DNA of 64,000 nucleotides, from the NCBI GenBank assembly GCA_032718475.1, contig JAUCBJ010000176.1, positions 22,758-86,757 of the forward strand. Direction: 5' to 3'. The notes under the pieces were generated by a model. That model was not told where the DNA came from. It did not search any database and saw nothing but the letters and a program-made list of their open reading frames with translations. The translations under genes were made by a program, and so were the position numbers. Each line of letters starts with the position of its first letter. The first letter of the stretch is position 1. Below, one piece after another: positions 45,001 to 55,206 of the stretch. Source of the stretch: Nemertoderma westbladi (Eukaryota > Animalia > Xenacoelomorpha).

Positions 45001-48000
45001 GGGGTTGAGACAAAACCAGAACGAGATAGGTCGGGGTTGAGACAAAACCAGAACGAGATAGGTCGGGGTTGAGACAAAACGAGATAGGTCGGGGTTGAGA
45101 CAAAACGAGATAGGTCGGGGTTGAGACAAAACAAGATAGGTCGGGGTTGAGTCAACACGAGATAGGTCGGGGTTGAGACAAAACGAGTAGGTCGGGGTTG
45201 AGACAAAACCAGAACGAGATAGGTCAGGGTTGAGACAAAACGAGATAGGTCGGGGTTGAGACAAAACGAGATAGGTCGGGGTTGAGACAAAACGAGATAG
45301 GTCGGGGTTGAGACAAAACCAGAACGAGATAGGTCGGGGTTGAGACAAAACGAGAACGAGATAGGTCGGGGTTCAGACAAAACCAGAACGAGATAGGTCG
45401 GGGTTCAGACAAAACCAGAACGAGATAGGTCGGGGTTGAGAAAAAATGATATAGGTCGGGGTTGAGACAAAACGAGATAGGTCGGGATTGAGACAAAACG
45501 AGAACGAGATAGGTCGGGGTTGAGACAAAACGAGAACGAGATAGGTCGGGGTTGAGACAAAACGAGAACGAGATAGGTTGGGGTTGAGACGAAACCAGAA
45601 CGAGATAGGTCGGGGTTGAGACAAAACGATATAGGTCGGGGTTGAGACAAAACCAGAACGAGATAGGTCGGGGTTGAGACAAAACGAGAACGAGATAGGT
45701 CGGGGTTGAGACAAAACGAGAACGAGATAGGTAGGGGTTGAGACAAAACGAGAACGAGATAGGTCGGGGTTGAGACAAAACCAGAACGAGATAGGTAGGG
45801 GTTCAGACAAAACCAGAACGAGATAGGTAGGGGTTGAGACAAAACGAGAACGAGATAGGTCGGGGTTGAGACAAAACCAGAACGAGATAGGTCGGGGTTG
45901 AGACAAAACGATATAGGTCGGGGTTGAGACAAAACCAGAACGAGATAGGTCGGGGTTGAGACAAAACGAGAACGAGATAGGTCGGGGTTGAGACAAAACG
46001 AGAACGAGATAGGTAGGGGTTGAGACAAAACGAGAACGAGATAGGTCGGGGTTGAGACAAAACCAGAACGAGATAGGTAGGGGTTCAGACAAAACCAGAA
46101 CGAGATAGGTCGGGGTTGAGACAACACGAGAACGAGTTAGGTCGGGGTTGAGACAAAACGATATAGGTCGGGGTTGAGACAAAACGAGATAGGTCGGGGT
46201 TGAGACAAAACGAGAACGAGATAGGTCGGGGTTGAGACAAAACGAGATAGGTCGGGGTTGAGACAAAACGAGATAGGTCGGGGTTGAGACAAAACCAGAA
46301 CGAGATAGGTCGGGGTTCAGACAAAACCAGAACGAGATAGGTCGGGGTTGAGACAACACGAGAACGAGTTAGGTCGGGGTTGAGACAAAACGATATAGGT
46401 CGGGGTTGAGACAAAACGAGATAGGTCGGGGTTGAGACAAAACGAGAACGAGATAGGTCGGGGTTGAGACAAAACGAGAACGAGATAGGTCGGGGTTGAG
46501 ACAAAACCAGAACGAGATAGGTCGGGGTTGAGACAAAACGAGATAGGTCGGGGTTGAGACAAAACGAGAACGAGATAGGTCGGGGTTGAGACAAAATGAG
46601 ATAGGTCGGGGTTGAGAAAAAACGATATAGGTCGGGGTTGAGACAAAACGAGATAGGTCGGGGTTGAGACAAAACGAGAACGAGATAGGTCGGGGTTGAG
46701 ACAAAACGAGATAGGTCGGGGCTGAGACAAAACGAGATAGGTCGGGGTTGAGACAACACGAGAACGAGTTAGGTCGGGGTTGAGACAAAACGATATAGGT
46801 CGGGGTTGAGACAAAACGAGATAGGTCGGGGTTGAGACAAAACGAGAACGAGATAGGTCGGGGTTGAGACAAAACGAGATAGGTCGGGGTTGAGACAAAA
46901 CCAGAACGAGATAGGTCGGGGTTGAGACAAAACGAGATAGGTCGGGGTTGAGACAAAACGAGAACGAGATAGGTCGGGGTTGAGACAAAATGAGATAGGT
47001 CGGGGTTGAGACAAAACCAGAACGAGATAGGTCGGGGTTGAGACAAAACGAGATAGGTCGGGGTTGAGACAAAACGAGAACGAGATAGGTCTGGGTTGAG
47101 AAAAAACGATATAGGTCGGGGTTGAGACAAAACGAGATAGGTCGGGGTTGAGACAAAACGAGAACGAGATAGGTCGGGGTTGAGACAAAACGAGAACGAG
47201 ATAGGTCGGGGTTGAGACAAAACGAGATAGGTCGGGGTTGAGACAAAACCAGAACGAGATAGGTCGGGGTTGAGACAAAACGAGATAGGTCGGGGTTGAG
47301 ACAAAACGAGAACGAGATAGGTCTGGGTTGAGAAAAAACGATATAGGTCGGGGTTGAGACAAAACGAGATAGGTCGGGGTTGAGACAAAACGAGAACGAG
47401 ATAGGTCGGGGTTGAGACAAAACGAGATAGGTCGGGGTTGAGACAAAACGAGATAGGTCGGGGTTGAGACAAAACGAGAACGAGATAGGTCGGGGTTGAG
47501 ACAAAACGAGAACGAGATAGGTCGGGGTTGAGACAAAACGAGATAGGTCGGGGTTGAGACAAAACGAGATAGGTCGGGGTTGAGACAAAACGAGAACGAG
47601 ATAGGTCGGGGTTGAGACAAAACGAGAACGAGATAGGTCGGGGTTGAGACAAAACGAGAACGAGATAGGTCGGGGTTGAGACAAAATGAGATAGGTCGGG
47701 GTTGAGAAAAAACGATATAGGTCGGGGTTGAGACAAAACGAGATAGGTCGGGGTTGAGACAAAACGAGAACGAGATAGGTCGGGGTTGAGACAAAACGAG
47801 AACGAGATAGGTCGGGGTTGAGACAAAACGAGAACGAGATAGGTCGGGGTTGAGACAAAACGAGATAGGTCGGGGTTGAGACAAAACGAGATAGGTCGGG
47901 GTTGAGACAAAACGAGAACGAGATAGGTCGGGGTTGAGACAAAACGAGAACGAGATAGGTCGGGGTTGAGACAAAACCAGAACGAGATAGGTCGGGGTTG

Positions 48001-51000
48001 AGACAAAACGAGAACGAGATAGGTCGGGGTTGAGACAAAACGAGAACGAGATAGGTCGGGGTTGAGACAAAATGAGATAGGTCGGGGTTGAGAAAAAACG
48101 AGATAGGTCGGGGTTGAGACAAAACCAGAACGAGATAGGTCGGGGTTGAGACAAAACGAGATAGGTCGGGGTTGAGACAAAACGAGATAGGTCGGGGTTG
48201 AGACGAAACGAGATAGGTCGGGGTTGAGACAAAACGAGAACGAGATAGGTCGGGGTTGAGACAAAACGAGAACGAGATAGGTCGGGGTTGAGACAAAACG
48301 AGAACGAGATAGGTCGGGGTTGAGACAAAACGAGAACGAGATAGGTCGGGGTTGAGACAAAACGAGATAGGTCGGGGTTGAGACAAAACGAGATAGGTCG
48401 GGGTTGAGACAAAACGAGATAGGTCGGGGTTGAGACAAAACGAGAACGAGATAGGTCGGGGTTGAGACAAAACGAGAACGAGATAGGTCGGGGTTGAGAC
48501 AAAACGAGAACGAGATAGGTCGGGGTTGAGACAAAACGAGAACGAGATAGGTCGGGGTTGAGACAAAACGAGAACGAGATAGGTCGGGGTTGAGACAAAA
48601 CGAGAACGAGATAGGTCGGGGTTGAGACAAAACGAGATAGGTCGGGGTTGAGACAAAAACGAGATAGGTCGGGGTTGAGACAAAACGAGATAGGTCGGGG
48701 TTGAGACAAAACGAGAACGAGATAGGTCGGGGTTGAGACAAAACGAGAACGAGATAGGTCGGGGTTGAGACAAAACGAGAACGAGATAGGTCGGGGTTGA
48801 GACAAAATGAGATAGGTCGGGGTTGAGAAAAAACGAGATAGGTCGGGGTTGAGACAAAACCAGAACGAGATAGGTCGGGGTTGAGACAAAACGAGATAGG
48901 TCGGGGTTGAGACAAAACGAGATAGGTCGGGGTTGAGACAAAACGAGATAGGTCGGGGTTGAGACAAAACGAGAACGAGATAGGTCGGGGTTCAGACAAA
49001 ACCAGAACGAGATAGGTCGGGGTTGAGACAAAACGAGAACGAGATAGGTCGGGGTTCAGACAAAACCAGAACGAGATAGGTCGGGGTTGAGACAAAACGA
49101 GAACGAGATAGGTCGGGGTTGAGACAAAACGAGAACGAGATAGGTCGGGGTTGAGACAAAACGAGAACGAGATAGGTCGGGGTTGAGACAAAACGAGAAC
49201 GAGATAGGTCGGGGTTGAGACAAAACGAGATAGGTCGGGGTTGAGACAAAACGAGATAGGTCGGGGTTGAGACAAAACGAGATAGGTCGGGTTGAGCAAA
49301 ACGAGAACGAGATAGGTCGGGGTTCAGACAAAACCAGAACGAGATAGGTCGGGGTTGAGACAAAACGAGAACGAGATAGGTCGGGGTTGAGACAAAACGA
49401 GAACGAGATAGGTCGGGGTTGAGACAAAACGAGATAGGTCGGGGTTGAGACAAAACGAGATAGGTCGGGGTTGAGACAAAACGAGATAGGTCAGGGTTGA
49501 GACAAAACCAGAACGAGATAGGTCGGGGTTCAGACAAAACCAGAACGAGATAGGTCGGGGTTGAGACAAAACGAGATAGGTCGGGGTTGAGACAAAACGA
49601 GAACGAGATAGGTCGGGGTTGAGACAAAACGAGAACGAGATAGGTCGGGGTTGAGACAAAACCAGAACGAGATAGGTCGGGGTTGAGACAAAACCAGAAC
49701 GAGATAGGTCGGGGTTGAGACAAAACCAGAACGAGATAGGTCGGGGTTGAGACAAAACGAGATAGGTCGGGGTTGAGACAAAACGAGATAGGTCGGGGTT
49801 GAGACAAAACGAGAACGAGATAGGTCGGGGTTGAGACAAAACGAGACGAGATAGGTCGGGGTTGAGACAAAACGAGAACGAGATAGGTCGGGGTTGAGAC
49901 AAAACGAGATAGGTCGGGGTTGAGACAAAACGAGAACGAGATAGGTCGGGTTTGAGACAAAACGAGATAGGTCGGGGTTGAGACAAAACGAGAACGAGAT
50001 AGGTCGGGGTTGAGACGAAACCAGAACGAGATAGGTCGGGGTTAAGACAAAACCAGAACGAGATAGGTCGGGGTTGAGACAAAACCAGAACGAGATAGGT
50101 CGGGGTTGAGACAAAACGAGATAGGTCGGGGTTGAGACGAAACGAGATAGGTCGGGGTTGAGACAAAACGAGAACGAGATAGGTCGGGGTTCAGACAAAA
50201 CCAGAACGAGATAGGTCGGGGTTGAGACAAAACGAGATAGGTCGGGGTTGAGACAAAACGAGAACGAGATAGGTCGGGGTTGAGACAAAACCAGAACGAT
50301 ATAGGTCGGGGTTGAGACAAAACGAGATAGGTCGGGGTTGAGACAAAACGAGAACGAGATAGGTCGGGGTTGAGACAAAACCAGAACGAGATAGGTCGGG
50401 GTTGAGACAAAACGAGAACGAGATAGGTCGGGGTTGAGACAAAACCAGAACGATATAGGTCGCGGTTGAGACAAAACGAGATAGGTCGGGGTTGAGACAA
50501 AACCAGAACGAGATAGGTTGGGGTTGAGTCAAAACCAGAACAAGATAGGTCGGGGTTGAGACAAAACCAGAACGAGATAGGTCGGGGTTGAGACAAAACG
50601 AGAACGAGATAGGTCGGGGTTGAGACAAAACCAGAACGAGATAGGTCGGGGTTGAGACAAAACGAGAACGAGATAGGTCGGGGTTCAGACAAAACCAGAA
50701 CGAGATAGGTCGGGGTTGAGACAAAACGAGATAGGTCGGGGTTGAGACAAAACCAGAACGAGATAGGTCGGGGTTGAGACAAAACGAGAACGAGATAGGT
50801 CGGGGTTGAGACAAAACCAGAACGAGATAGGTCGGGGTTGAGACAAAACGAGATAGGTCGGGGTTGAGACAAAACGAGAACGAGATAGGTCGGGGTTGAG
50901 ACAAAACCAGAACGAGTTAGGTCGGGGTTGAGACAAAATGAGATAGGTCGGGGTTGTGACAAAACGAGATAGGTCGGGGTTGAGACAAAACGAGATAGGT

Positions 51001-51224
51001 CTGGGTTGAGACAAAACGAGAACGAGATAGGTCGGGGTTCAGACAAAACCAGAACGAGATAGGTCGGGGTTGAGACAAAACGAGATAGGTCGGGGTTGAG
51101 ACAAAACGAGATAGGTCGGGGTTGAGACAAAACGAGAACGAGATAGGTCGGGGTTCAGACAAAACCAGAACGAGATAGGTCGGGGTTGAGACAAAACCAA
51201 AACGAGATAGGTCGGGGTTGAGAC
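1..51224. repeat. Satellite array of 26/31/32-bp monomers, GAGACAAAAC[CAGAAC/GAGAAC/GAAAC/none]GAGATAGGTCGGGGTT; roughly 1,700 copies (estimate); runs off the left edge
   Basis: Seen directly: head-to-tail monomers in one orientation from base 1 to ...GGGGTTGAGAC at 51224, then an abrupt switch to non-repeat sequence. Point variants (TTCAGAC, TTAAGAC, GACGAAAC, GAATGAGA, CAACAC) occur in regional blocks. Confidence 0.99.
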
Positions 51225-51745
51225 CCTCAAGCCGCAATGGGTACCAACATTATAGGTCCCTCCACTGTGCCACCTTATATGTACAACCACATTGTCCTAT
51301 CGGCATCACTTCTGTTATGACTAACAGCTCAATGCCGTTGACACCGGTAATGGAGACAGGGGAGGAGAAACTGGACGCAAAACCCATCTCGGCGAATTAA
51401 TATCACAATGATAAATTATCAATTTAGGGAAAGGTGCAGGTTACAGTGGCACATTAAATAAACTTAAGTCCATTAAATAGATTACAGTTTTATTTTTGGG
51501 ATTTAATCTGCTGTTATTTGTGTCGATTTTCCCCTGGAGAGGGATGGATTTTGATTCCCATATTTACACGATTCCCTATAACGAATGCGCCTTATCGCGT
51601 ATCGTTATTGTTGATTATAAAATAAATATTAAACTTTTTTAACCTCCTATTTGGTGCGTAAAGGTCGACGGTTCCACACTACAGCTTCATGTATAAAGTA
51701 ATAGAGGAAATAGTGAATGGATGGTGGGAATGAATACCAACTCAC

Positions 51746-51834
51746 CTGTTATTGGATGTCTCCATGGAAGTTTTACTGGCAGACCGCCCACGCAAATTCC
51801 GACCACAATATCTCCCAAAGAAAAACAAAGTTTC
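51746..51834 (-). other. Candidate 89-nt internal spliceosomal exon of an unidentified host gene
   Basis: The minus strand reads ttatttcccAG|GAAACTTTG...AATAACAG|GTGAGT, with a pyrimidine-rich acceptor and a consensus donor. One frame gives KLCFSLGDIVVGICVGGLPVKLPWRHPIT(G). I do not recognise a homologue. Confidence 0.3.
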
Positions 51835-52029
51835 CTGGGAAATAATTTTCCAGAAAATAATATTCTCTATGAAAGGCGACTTCTTGTATACCCTTGATGC
51901 ATAGCATATGGTTGCAGTTAAACATACCCAGGGTGGAGTGTGTGGTTAATATTTATTGTGTGCGTGTGTATGGAGTTGTACGATAACTCATGTAGGGGGC
52001 GCACCACGGCGACAAGCACCCGTGGGGGA

Positions 52030-52049
52030 GGGGGGGGGGGGGGGGGGGG
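52030..52049 (+). repeat. Poly-G homopolymer (20 nt)
   Basis: Seen directly. Confidence 0.9.
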
Positions 52050-52302
52050 TTACACCAATGTGCGTAGTATATAATAATAAATTTTTACTTCATGGGGTAC
52101 TAAAGTAGCCGGTATAGTTATGATAGGAGTACAACACGTGTACCGAGTTATTATGTTTCTAATACTGAGTTCGTAGGATTCCCAAAGGAACACTTTCGGG
52201 TTTTGGAATACCAGATTTTGATACATTACGTCAACTTATCAACTTTGAAACGCTACAAAGTAATAAAGCAATTACTTCAATGACGAAGTAAGGTTGTCAG
52301 CT

Positions 52303-52668
52303 GTACTACCACTCACTACTACTATAATCGGCCTGCTGCATTGAAACTGCACATTGAGATGCCGGCTTCCATGCTATCCACAATTGGCAAGCGTAATGCA
52401 GCGTGCATTAATAATGCTATGCCGGGTTATCAACAAAATTGCGCCGCCACAACTCCCTATCCCCCATGCCTTTGGCGAGATTATCCGCATCTTCAAGGCC
52501 AGTGTCCTTTAAGATGCGTCTCAAGAAAGTCATGGGATGTCCACCATGCTTATTCACTCCATGAGGCTGCCAAAGTACAAGATTATGCACTGGCTGGTCC
52601 TCACAGCGATAGCAATGTCCTACAAAGCGGAGGCGGCTTTGTTGTAGTGTCAAGCTTGGGGGGACCAA
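52303..52668 (-). mobile_element. 3'-terminal fragment of an RTE-type non-LTR retrotransposon (ORF C-terminus, short 3' UTR, degenerate (TAG)n tail)
   Basis: ORF 52417..52668 (-) reads QSRLRFVGHCYRCEDQPVHNLVLWQPHG...GHPMTFLRRILKDTGLEDADNLAKGMGDRELWR. This fits the typical RTE-clade C-terminus (RLRxxGHxxR...LxWxPxG.R.RGRP...D...DRxxWR). About 90 nt past the stop, the minus strand reads TAGTAGTAGTGAGTGGTAGTAC, like the short tandem-repeat tails of RTE elements. Confidence 0.75.
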
Positions 52669-52679
52669 TGAGACACTGG

Positions 52680-52751
52680 CCCATGTGAAGAATACCAGAC
52701 ATTCTGCCGTTATATTTCACTTTGCAGTTACCCCCATGTGAAGAATACCAG
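52680..52751. repeat. 19-bp perfect direct repeat CCCATGTGAAGAATACCAG flanking a 34-bp spacer
   Basis: Copies at 52680-52698 and 52733-52751, next to the truncation point of the RTE fragment. Confidence 0.85.
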
Positions 52752-52883
52752 GTTTTCGCCAAAAATACAAGTTACAGAAGGGCTGAATCTAACCAAAACA
52801 ATAAACAAATTAGTATATGTACAGGTTATAAGACAGAAATAAGCGCTATAAAACACTTAATAAAGATAAATTAAAAAAAAATA

Positions 52884-54595
52884 AAAAATCTTCATATATA
52901 AAATTATAATGCCCCTATTAGTGCTACAGAGATCACTGAATCGGTGAACAGCCAGAAAAACGGAAAGGCAGCAGGCCCAGACTCCATAACAAATGAAGTG
53001 ATGAAGTTGGGTTTTGGACATTTACTACCTTATCTGCTTACTCTATTCTCATTCTGCTTCAACATGGCAGTGTGCCCAGCAGCGTGGATCATGTCATATC
53101 TTATCCCCCTTTACAAAGGAAAGGGTGGAAAATCGTCTCCAAACTCATATAGAGGGATCGCCCTACTGTCGTGTCTACTCAAAATCTACACAAGCATTAT
53201 AGCAACACGACTATATACATGGGCTGAGACTCTAAGGAAACTACCCGACCAGCAGTACGGTTTTCGAAAGAAGAGATCCACTATAATGGCGGTAAAACTT
53301 ATATTTAACCGTATCAAATCATCCCTACAACCAGGGGCAGGTCCGGGACATGCCTATTGCGTGTTCATCGATTTCTCCAAAGCGTTCGACTCCCTAGACC
53401 GTCAACTTCTTTGCAGGAAATTATCCGCTATTGGAATTAGTAAAAAATTTATTGCTGTAATATGGGCTATAATATCAGTGAATTACATATGTATCTGCAT
53501 TGGCACATTTGTGCTAGATCCAATAGAACAGACAACCGGGGTAATACAGGGAGACAAACTCTCGCCGTTGTTGTTTAGCCTGTTTATCTCCGACATTCCA
53601 CTTTTATTGACAACCTTGTGGTGCTATGTAATATTATACGCCGACGACTTAGTGATTGTAGCCGACACAATCAACGAGGCCCAGCTTGCATTAAACAAGC
53701 TCGAAAAATACTGCAGGGCAAATCGACTGGAGGTGAATATTTTTAAAACTAAAGCAATTAAATTTCGCCGCGGTGGAAAAAGGTCGAAGACAGACATAAT
53801 TCATTATAATGGTAAAACCATCGAGTTCGTCACCCAATTCAACTATTTAGGAGTGGTTCTGTCATCAAAGAACGGGCCCAGCGGTCATTACAACCATCTC
53901 TATAACAAAGGCCTTGCGGCATGCACTCGTATAGCCATGAAAATAAACCTTACACTAATATCTAAGGACTCGGGTACTCGCCTATGGAAATCCGTAATAG
54001 TCCCATCTATTACATACGGATGCAGTATCTTTTCGGAGGATGACCCAACCAAATTAGACCATGTCCAGCGGATACGGGCACTGTTCTGGAAGATGTGGTG
54101 CGGTGTCAGTAGATACGCGTCCTCATCCTCAATTCTCAAAGTAATCGATGACCCGACATCCAGCGATGTAAAGTTAGAGAACTTAACTGGTCTGCGCCGC
54201 CGCGCCGCGGCTCAGCTTATTTCCAACGGGTGTCACCAAAAAATATGCAGTAAAATAAATTGCTGGAAACCCAGTGAAAACTGTCTCTGCTGGCTCTGCG
54301 GAGGCCCTGCCACAGATAAACTCCATTACGCTACGTGCAATGCTACACAGTCGGCGAGCTCACCACTCAGACAAGCTCTGTTTTTAATGATCTTAGAACG
54401 TCCAATCACACTAACCCATGGGGACGATTCAATGCCTCTCAACTCTTAAAGTATTTTACATATTATACAAGTTCTGTTAATAAACCCTGACTAAAAGTTT
54501 CAGTAGCTACAGCCATAATTTAATCCGATTTTATTTATTTATTGTTTTAATGTATGTACAAATTTTATCCAATGTGGAATAAATAAAAATCTTCA
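52884..54595 (+). mobile_element. 5'-truncated LINE insertion with candidate target-site duplication AAAAATCTTCA and an AT-rich 3' UTR
   Basis: AAAAATCTTCA lies at 52884-52894, just before RT homology starts, and at 54585-54595, after the AT-rich 3' UTR. AATAAA occurs at 54479-54484 and 54578-54583. Confidence 0.65.
52902..54449 (+). CDS. Non-LTR retrotransposon (LINE) reverse transcriptase, 5'-truncated (no endonuclease domain), with a Cys/His-rich C-terminus
   Basis: The frame is open from 52902 (NYNAPISATEITESVNSQKNGKAAGPD; the ORF track starts at GTG 52944). Motifs occur in order: KAAGPDSI, LIPLYKGKG, SYRGIALLS, QYGFRKKRST, FIDFSKAFDS, GVIQGDKLSPLLFSLFISD, YADD (53637-53648), KTKAIKF, FNYLGV, and C-terminal CHQKIC...C...CLCWLC...H...C. 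Confidence 0.93.
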   Translation, partial: NYNAPISATEITESVNSQKNGKAAGPDSITNEVMKLGFGHLLPYLLTLFSFCFNMAVCPAAWIMSYLIPLYKGKGGKSSPNSYRGIALLSCLLKIYTSIIATRLYTWAETLRKLPDQQYGFRKKRSTIMAVKLIFNRIKSSLQPGAGPGHAYCVFIDFSKAFDSLDRQLLCRKLSAIGISKKFIAVIWAIISVNYICICIGTFVLDPIEQTTGVIQGDKLSPLLFSLFISDIPLLLTTLWCYVILYADDLVIVADTINEAQLALNKLEKYCRANRLEVNIFKTKAIKFRRGGKRSKTDIIHYNGKTIEFVTQFNYLGVVLSSKNGPSGHYNHLYNKGLAACTRIAMKINLTLISKDSGTRLWKSVIVPSITYGCSIFSEDDPTKLDHVQRIRALFWKMWCGVSRYASSSSILKVIDDPTSSDVKLENLTGLRRRAAAQLISNGCHQKICSKINCWKPSENCLCWLCGGPATDKLHYATCNATQSASSPLRQALFLMILERPITLTHGDDSMPLNS

Positions 54596-54955
54596 CTTCA
54601 TAATTAATATTCTAGAATTGAGTAAAAAAAACATTAGAATTATAGCGATTTACGTCACAAAAATTTACACCTTAGTATTTTGATAATATCTCCGGAGGTT
54701 CTTGGTGAAATTTACAACGGGTTTCATATTCGGAATCTGCAGATGAAGGCGCTTCGAATGATATCTAGATGCATTCCAAAGACGAAAAATAAAGCCGATT
54801 GAGGTGACTAAATATTGCGAAATAGACGATTTTTAACGGCTTGTTTTATCGAAATAGCTCATAAATTAAAAAATCCGGCCAGGCCACCAGTAAGAAAAGG
54901 TATCGATCTATCATCATACCAAATTTCGTAGCATTTCATTGAAATTTGAAAACAA

Positions 54956-54958
<3 letters not shown>

Positions 54959-54987
<29 letters not shown>
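54959..54987 (+). repeat. Poly-G homopolymer (29 nt)
   Basis: Seen directly. Confidence 0.9.
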
Positions 54988-54988
<1 letters not shown>

Positions 54989-55206
54989 TCCGACCCCCTA
55001 AAAATGGTTGTTGTATTAAGGGAGGTGGTGTACTTCATCCTGGTTTTATATGGTTTTCGCCCTAAAACATGCCCTCCTCGCATGCCCTCCTCTCAGTCAT
55101 TGAAAAAATCCATAAAGCACTCGACCAGAAACACACAACCTGCGCTATTTACATCGATCCGAAAAAGGCCTTCGATACAATCAACTATAAAATCCTATTA
55201 AATACA

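Noticed and set aside
1-51224. CRISPR-like repeat/spacer array
   Set aside because: The variable part is only 0-6 bp drawn from a few recurring alternatives. There are no unique spacers and no cas genes, and the context is eukaryotic.
1-51224. Telomeric repeat (TAGG/GGGGTT resemblance)
   Set aside because: The G-rich strand points toward the unique sequence rather than toward the open left end, and the monomers are long and heterogeneous.
185-51290. Numerous minus-strand ORFs up to 976 aa (SQPRPISF/CLNPDLSR/VSTPTYLV repeats)
   Set aside because: The consensus monomer has no minus-strand stop in any frame, and monomer lengths are not multiples of 3, so all frames cycle through the same three peptides. 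Starts are mostly TTG or other non-ATG codons inside the repeat. This is a repeat artefact.
52341-52688. 115-aa plus-strand ORF
   Set aside because: It is the antisense shadow of the RTE C-terminal fragment and has no recognisable motif.
52944-54449. Bacterial retron, DGR or group II intron RT linked to the repeat arrays
   Set aside because: The motif set (KAAGPD, YRGIALLS, QYGFR, DFSKAFD, YLG), the Cys/His C-terminus, 5' truncation and AT-rich 3' UTR fit a non-LTR retrotransposon. There is no operon context.
54600-55048. Possible non-autonomous DNA transposon between the two RTs (TTAAGGG near 55016, CCAAATTTCG motif)
   Set aside because: I could not find a matching terminal inverted repeat or TSD within the window.
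54859-55201. Short ORFs 54859..55083 (-) and 55004..55201 (+)
   Set aside because: The first is driven by the poly-G tract. The second shares only YGFRPK with the RT remnant before going out of frame.
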